DNA of 64,000 bases from a bacterium (GTDB lineage Bacteria > Zixibacteria > MSB-5A5 > GN15 > FEB-12): positions 32,001 through 96,000 of the forward strand of contig JBDRNJ010000009.1 in assembly GCA_043811375.1 (NCBI GenBank), in the 5' to 3' direction. Positions 58,390 through 64,000 of this stretch are shown one piece after another. How positions within the stretch are numbered: position 1 is the stretch's first letter; each line of letters begins with the position of its first letter. The translations under genes were made by a program, and so were the position numbers. Under the pieces are notes generated by a model that ran no database searches, was not told the DNA's origin, and was given only the letters and a program-made list of their open reading frames with translations.

Positions 58390-59545
58390 ATGAAGATGAC
58401 CGAATTGAAGAGCAGAGTATGCGAGTTTGGCAGTCGACTTGATAAGTTAGCGAGGTATCTTTGACCTCGACCGCAGGTCAGAAAAGGTTATTAAGTTGGA
58501 AAAAGTAGTATCTAAGCCCGGCTTCTGGGATAACAACCAGGCTGCCCAGGCGATTCTCCAGGAAATTACCTCCCACAAGAAGTGGATTGATGGGCATTTG
58601 CAACTGACCGGCGATCTGAATGATCTCCGCGAATTGCTGGAGATGACTGAGGCCGAGACCGACCATGACGACCGTGACGCTGAGGAACTCCTGCAAGCCC
58701 TGGACGAACTGGCGGAGCAACTGGGAAAATTTGAGTTCTCAGCCCTTCTTTCCGGTCCCGACGATCACCGCCATGCCATTGTGACAATTCATCCGGGTGC
58801 CGGGGGCACTGAATCACAGGACTGGGCTGATATGCTGTTTCGCATGTACAGCCGCTGGGTGGAACAGCGTGGATTTACAACCGACCTGATGGACTACCAG
58901 CCCGGCGACGAAGCCGGACTGAAATCGGCTACGCTTAAAGTAAAGGGGGATTACGCTTATGGCTTCCTCAAGGCCGAATCGGGAGTTCACCGGCTGGTGC
59001 GAATCTCACCGTTTGATGCCAATTCCCGACGTCACACGTCATTTGCTTCGGTCCATGTCTACCCGGTGGTAGAGGGCAATCTGGACATCGATATCAAAGA
59101 TGATGAAATTCGCATCGACACCTTCCGAGCTTCGGGAGCGGGCGGCCAGCACGTCAATAAGACATCGTCGGCTGTGCGCATCACTCATCTTCCCTCCGGG
59201 ATAGTGGTCAGTTGTCAGTCGGAGCGCAGCCAGCACCGTAATAAGGACGCCGCTATGACCGTGCTGTGCGCACGATTGTACCAGCTAAAGCGTGAAGAAG
59301 AAGCCAAAAAAATGGAGAGGTTTGAGAAAACCAAGAAAAAGATTGAATGGGGCTCTCAGATCAGGTCGTATGTTTTCCATCCCTACAACATGGTCAAGGA
59401 TCACCGGACGTCGGTCGAAACCGGCGACACCCAGGGTGTCATGGACGGCAACCTCGATCGGTTCATCAATGCCTATCTGGAAGACCCTAATCTTAACGAT
59501 AACCTGAGTCGGGTGAAGCAGCCGGACATCAAGCAGAACTCTTAG
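58390..59545 (+). CDS. prfB: Peptide chain release factor 2, with programmed +1 frameshift at 58459-58465
   Basis: GGAGG RBS, ATG 58390, short ORF ending AGG TAT CTT TGA C; the +1 frame continues into the ORF containing SPF and GGQ motifs. Confidence 0.96.
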
Positions 59546-59558
59546 TGGAAAATCAGTT

Positions 59559-60551
59559 ATGAACGCCTTATCAAAAATAAAGGACAGGGCCAGGGCCAAA
59601 AAGAGAACCGTAGTGCTTCCGGAGGGCACCGAACCTCGGATGATCCAGGCCACCAAAAAGATTGTTTCAGATAAGATCGCCGCTGTAATCTTGCTGGGCG
59701 ATGAAACGGAAATCAATAAACTGGCCGCTGAGCACGGGCTCAATCCGAACCAGGTCGAGATCATCAATCCGGTCCAATCGGCGGACTACAATAGCTTCGT
59801 CTCCGAATTCATCCAAATGCGAAAAGCCAAAGGAATCACCGAAGAGCAGGCCCGGACAGCCATGGCCGACCCTCTCTATTTCGGGGCGATGCTGGTGCGT
59901 CATGACAAGGCTGATGCTTCCGTAGCCGGATCAGTTAATACTACCGGCAATGTCCTGCGGGCCGGTATCCACACACTGGGTCTGAAGGAGGGAATCAAGG
60001 TAGTATCCAGTTTCTTCATTATGACGATTCCCAAATACCGTGACGAACTGGACAAGCCGTTCCTGTTTGCCGACTGTGCGGTGGTCCCGAACCCGAACGC
60101 GGAACAGTTGGCCTCGATCGCAGCCTCCACAGCCGACAGCATGAGAAACCTGCTGGGAGAAGAACCGCGAGTGGCCCTGCTGAGTTTCTCGACCAAAGGA
60201 TCCGCCAAACACAAAGATGTAGACAAGGTGCTACAGGCACTTCAGATATTAAAGAGAGATCATCCGGACCTCAAGGCCGACGGTGAGTTCCAGCTTGATG
60301 CCGCCATCGTTCCGGAAATAGCACAACGAAAAGCCCCGGACTCCCCCATTGCCGGTGACGCCAACGTGCTCATTTTCCCGGACCTGGATGCCGGTAATAT
60401 CGGCTACAAGCTAACCGAACGACTGGCCGGAGCCACCGCTACCGGCCCGATTATACAGGGACTGGCCAAACCGGCCAACGACCTCTCGCGAGGATGTTCG
60501 GTCGACGACATCGTAGACGTCACCGCCATTGCCATGCTGTTGAAAGGATAG
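59559..60551 (+). CDS. pta: Phosphate acetyltransferase
   Basis: [28 protein letters not shown] and NDLSRGCS motifs. Confidence 0.95.
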   Translation: MNALSKIKDRARAKKRTVVLPEGTEPRMIQATKKIVSDKIAAVILLGDETEINKLAAEHGLNPNQVEIINPVQSADYNSFVSEFIQMRKAKGITEEQARTAMADPLYFGAMLVRHDKADASVAGSVNTTGNVLRAGIHTLGLKEGIKVVSSFFIMTIPKYRDELDKPFLFADCAVVPNPNAEQLASIAASTADSMRNLLGEEPRVALLSFSTKGSAKHKDVDKVLQALQILKRDHPDLKADGEFQLDAAIVPEIAQRKAPDSPIAGDANVLIFPDLDAGNIGYKLTERLAGATATGPIIQGLAKPANDLSRGCSVDDIVDVTAIAMLLKG

Positions 60552-60555
60552 CCAT

Positions 60556-61773
60556 ATGAGCATAAGTCAACTTGCCAGGGAAATCAAGGAATCTGCAACC
60601 CTGAAAATGAACGAGCAGGCTCGATTGCTGAAGGAAAAAGGCGAGGCGGTCATCCATCTTGGAGCCGGTGAACCCAAGAGCAAAGTGCCGCTCGACGCAA
60701 TTCTCAGCAGTGCCGCCAGGCTGACCTCCGGCGAAATCCGATACACTCCCACCGAGGGCATCCCCTCCCTGCTGAAAGCAATTATTCGGTATCACGAGGA
60801 TAACTACAACAAGGTTATCGGCCCCGAGAACGTGGTCGTCTCGGCCGGTGCCAAGCAGGCTTTCTACAACCTGATGATGTCAATCGTCAATCCCCAGGAC
60901 GAAGTGATCCTGTGCGCCCCGTACTGGGTCAGTTATCCGGAGATAGTCAAGATGGTCTATGGCGTGCCGGTGATCGTTACCCCGGAAGATGGCCGCTATG
61001 TGCCACGGATGCAGGATATTACGCAATCGGTCGGTTCTTATACGAAGGCTATCGTCATCAACAGCCCCAACAACCCGTCGGGAGTTATGTATCCTGAAGA
61101 CCTGATCGGTGAATTGGTCGAATACTGCGAGAAAAAGAGCATCTACCTGATCATGGATGATATCTACCACAAGCTGGTCTTCGGCAATCACACGTGGGTA
61201 CCCTGCTACAAGTTCGCCAAAGATGATTCCGATTCCTCCCGGCTGATAGTGGTCAACGGTGTCTCTAAAACGTATGCCATGACCGGTTTCAGGATCGGCT
61301 GGACAATCGCCAACCGAAAAGTAAGGGCCGCGATGGTAAACGTCGCTGCCCAAAACACTTCCTGCCCTCCGGTGGTACTGCAGGCAGCGGCAGCCGGAGC
61401 TCTCAACGGTATTCAGAGCGGCGTGGAGAACTTGCGCCTGATGCTGGAAAACAACTGTGAGGTAATGATGAACGAACTGGACTCGTTCAATGACGTCAAG
61501 GTCACCAGACCCGACGGAACCTTCTACTGCCTGCCCGATTTCTCCGCCTATTCCAATGATTCTACGGCGCTTTCGAAGTTCCTGCTGGAAAAAGCTCTGG
61601 TCGTGACGGTACCCGGCGTGGAATTCGGTGTCGAGAGTCATCTCCGTTTGAGCTTCTGTGGAACCGTCAAAGAGATTATGGATGGGGTTGCCAGGATCAA
61701 ATGGGCCCTGGACCCGGACTCACCCAATGAGATATACATCGGTGATCGCAAGATGAGGAGAGACTGGAAATGA
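60556..61773 (+). CDS. PLP-dependent class I/II aminotransferase (aspartate aminotransferase-like)
   Basis: GAKQA, PYWVSYP, NSPNNPSG, DDIY and SKTYAMTGFRIG motifs. Confidence 0.9.
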   Translation: MSISQLAREIKESATLKMNEQARLLKEKGEAVIHLGAGEPKSKVPLDAILSSAARLTSGEIRYTPTEGIPSLLKAIIRYHEDNYNKVIGPENVVVSAGAKQAFYNLMMSIVNPQDEVILCAPYWVSYPEIVKMVYGVPVIVTPEDGRYVPRMQDITQSVGSYTKAIVINSPNNPSGVMYPEDLIGELVEYCEKKSIYLIMDDIYHKLVFGNHTWVPCYKFAKDDSDSSRLIVVNGVSKTYAMTGFRIGWTIANRKVRAAMVNVAAQNTSCPPVVLQAAAAGALNGIQSGVENLRLMLENNCEVMMNELDSFNDVKVTRPDGTFYCLPDFSAYSNDSTALSKFLLEKALVVTVPGVEFGVESHLRLSFCGTVKEIMDGVARIKWALDPDSPNEIYIGDRKMRRDWK

Positions 61774-63434
61774 GCCAGTATATTATAGATGTCAAGACCC
61801 CGGCGCAGAAAGAAAAAGACGCCACGCGAAGCGAATACGGCCTGAAGAACCTCGGCCTGACTAATCTCAACAACGTCTACTGGAACCTGCCCACCGAGGC
61901 CCTGTACGAGGAAATCATCTTCCGTTCGGAGGGAAAAGTTTCTCACATGGGACCGGTGGTAGTCGATACCGGCAAACACACTGCCCGTTCCGCCAACGAC
62001 AAGTTCGTCGTCAAAGAAGATACCACCACCGACAAGATCTGGTGGGGACAGTACAATCGCCCCTTCAGTGTCGATAAGTTCAACGCTGTCTTTAACCGCA
62101 TGCAGGGGTTTCTACAGGGACGCGACCTGTTTGTGCAGGACTGTTACGCCGGTGCCGATCCCAACTACCGCGTGCCTGTCAGGATCATCAGCGAGTACGC
62201 CTGGCACAGCCTGTTTGTTCGCAACATGCTCATCCGACCGGAAACGAACGATGAATTACGGAAGTTCGTGCCCGAGTTCACGATAATGTCCATCCCTTCC
62301 TTCCAGGGTATGCCGCAGATCGACGGCACTCTTTCCAAGACCTTCATCCTGCTCAATTTCGAGCAGAAGCTCTGCCTCATCGGCAACTCCGGTTACGGCG
62401 GCGAGATCAAGAAATCAGTCTTTACAGTGCTGAACTTCCTGCTCCCCCTCCAGGGCATCCTGACCATGCACTGCTCGGCCAACATCGGTAAAGACGGCCG
62501 AGCCGCCCTGTTTTTCGGTCTGTCCGGAACCGGGAAAACCACCCTGTCGGCTGATCCCAAGCGCAATTTGATCGGTGACGACGAACATGGTTGGAGTGAT
62601 GAGGGGATATTCAATTTCGAGGGTGGCTGCTATGCAAAAGTAATAGCTCTCTCACCGACAGCGGAACCGCAGATATATGCCTGCACGCACAAGTTCGGTA
62701 CAATTCTGGAAAACGTCATCTACGACCCGGTCACGCGCCTGCTTGACCTCGAAGACGACCGCCTGACCGAAAACACCCGCGCCGCCTATCCCTTGCACTA
62801 TATCGATAACGCGGTTCCGGAAATGCGGGGAGGACACCCGAAGAATATCATCATGCTCACCTGCGATGCCTCCGGCGTCATGCCGCCTATCGCCAGGTTG
62901 ACTCCACAACAGGCGATGTACCACTTTATCTCCGGGTACACTTCAAAAGTGAGCGGCACCGAGGTCGACCTCGGCAAAGAACCGGAGATAACTTTCAGCG
63001 CTTGTTTCGGGGCACCCTTCATGGTGCATCATCCGTATTACTACGCCGAACTGCTGAAGAACAAGATACTCAAACACGACGTCAATTGCTGGCTGGTCAA
63101 CACCGGCTGGACAGGCGGACCATACGGCATCGGCAAACGCATGAGCATCCATCACACTCGCACGTTGCTGAATGCCGCCCTGGACGGCAAACTGCTTGAG
63201 GTAGAATATCGCACCGATCCGGTCTTCGGCTTCCAGGTACCGAAATACTGCCAGGATGTCCCGGAGAAAGTGCTCAACCCGGCCGACACCTGGGGTGATC
63301 CAGCTGCCTATCAGGAGAAATATCAGCAGTTGGCTTCGCTGTTTATAGAGAACTTCAAGAAGTTCAAGTCCGGTACTCCGCAGGAGGTTGCTGATGCCGG
63401 ACCGGTCAAGCGGGATGTGTCGGCACTCAGTTGA
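61770..63434 (+). CDS. pckA: Phosphoenolpyruvate carboxykinase (ATP)
   Basis: YGGEIKK, MHCSAN, FFGLSGTGKTTLS, IGDDEHGW and NFEGGCYAK motifs. Confidence 0.97.
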   Translation: MSQYIIDVKTPAQKEKDATRSEYGLKNLGLTNLNNVYWNLPTEALYEEIIFRSEGKVSHMGPVVVDTGKHTARSANDKFVVKEDTTTDKIWWGQYNRPFSVDKFNAVFNRMQGFLQGRDLFVQDCYAGADPNYRVPVRIISEYAWHSLFVRNMLIRPETNDELRKFVPEFTIMSIPSFQGMPQIDGTLSKTFILLNFEQKLCLIGNSGYGGEIKKSVFTVLNFLLPLQGILTMHCSANIGKDGRAALFFGLSGTGKTTLSADPKRNLIGDDEHGWSDEGIFNFEGGCYAKVIALSPTAEPQIYACTHKFGTILENVIYDPVTRLLDLEDDRLTENTRAAYPLHYIDNAVPEMRGGHPKNIIMLTCDASGVMPPIARLTPQQAMYHFISGYTSKVSGTEVDLGKEPEITFSACFGAPFMVHHPYYYAELLKNKILKHDVNCWLVNTGWTGGPYGIGKRMSIHHTRTLLNAALDGKLLEVEYRTDPVFGFQVPKYCQDVPEKVLNPADTWGDPAAYQEKYQQLASLFIENFKKFKSGTPQEVADAGPVKRDVSALS

Positions 63435-63543
63435 GGTGTTATATCATCCGCAATATCAAGAGGTTAGCGGCGGTTGCTTAAAGTTATATATTAACAACGC
63501 GGCCGCTTCCGGGTTTTGCATCTAAGGGAGATGTTGATTCAGC

Positions 63544-63834
63544 ATGCCTACTTATGAATATCGCTGTCAGGTCTGTCGACATGAATTCGAAGCCTTCCAG
63601 ACCATCAGTGAGAAGCCGGTCGAGAACTGCCCGAAATGCAATGGCTCGGTCCAACGCATTATCTCAGGCGGTGCCGGGTTCATTTTCAAAGGCTCCGGCT
63701 TCTATATCACCGACCATCGCAGTTCCGCATATAAGGCCGATGCCGCCAAAGAGAAAAGTGCCGTATCCAATCCTCCGTCGTCCGACAAGTCCAAAACCTC
63801 CGACTCAAAGAAATCAGACAAAAAGAACGGGTAG
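63544..63834 (+). CDS. FmdB family zinc-ribbon protein
   Basis: MPTYEYRC..C...CPKC...FKGSGFYITD. Confidence 0.9.
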   Translation: MPTYEYRCQVCRHEFEAFQTISEKPVENCPKCNGSVQRIISGGAGFIFKGSGFYITDHRSSAYKADAAKEKSAVSNPPSSDKSKTSDSKKSDKKNG

Positions 63835-63882
63835 GTCACCTCGGATATATCAGCGCCTTGCCACTCAAGTTCGCTATAAAAT

Positions 63883-63911
63883 GTGGGTGCACGAGGACGT
63901 ACACCCACCAC
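63883..63911. repeat. Single REP-like hairpin unit related to 3592-3665
   Basis: GTGGGTGCACGAGGACGTACACCCACCAC has the same core and stem layout as unit 3637-3665. Confidence 0.6.
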
Positions 63912-64000
63912 TGTAATAGAAGGGGCGACGCCCCCCCCCTTGACAGGGCATGACCCGGTGGCGTTTATTGGGACATGATCAACGCCAATCTGGAAGACCT

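Noticed and set aside
63931..63939. C9 homopolymer next to TTGACA, as a phase-variation tract
   Set aside because: It lies outside the -35/-10 spacer, the -10 match is weak, and the downstream gene is cut by the window edge.
1..64000. CRISPR array, prophage, integrase or transposase genes
   Set aside because: I found no regularly spaced direct repeats and no recognisable cas, phage, recombinase or transposase ORFs.

Overview
Chromosomal window from a moderately GC-rich diderm bacterium. Dockerin-like C-termini ending in GGPxP, an LPS gene cluster, Hanks-type kinases and an IPTL-CTERM protein suggest candidate phylum Zixibacteria or a related FCB-group lineage (inference). Housekeeping genes include folE, PPi-type pfk, pilT, rel/spoT, msbA with LPS glycosyltransferases, gdhA, mpg, prfB with its +1 frameshift, pta, an aspartate aminotransferase, pckA and tRNA-Sec. 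These are interleaved with envelope and secreted proteins: a Gld-like ABC system, two dockerin-bearing proteins, a PMT-TPR protein, a DUF3857/transglutaminase pair, and Sel1, TPR and DUF4097 proteins. No CRISPR array, prophage, integrase or transposase was seen. Main leads: (1) an Lnt-N-like membrane protein lacking its catalytic domain and ending in an IRGPP ribosome-arrest-type motif, directly upstream of an IPTL-CTERM surface protein; (2) an unannotated structured element at 16856-17015 with a near-consensus sigma70 promoter and a perfect 22-bp palindrome; (3) a tRNA-Sec with a 7-bp acceptor stem and a bulged C; (4) a single in-frame TGA in an otherwise intact esterase gene; (5) pilT coupled to a MshEN-REC-dead HD-GYP-REC-DUF4388 protein; (6) a covarying REP-like hairpin family. 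All family assignments come from motif recognition by eye, not database searches.
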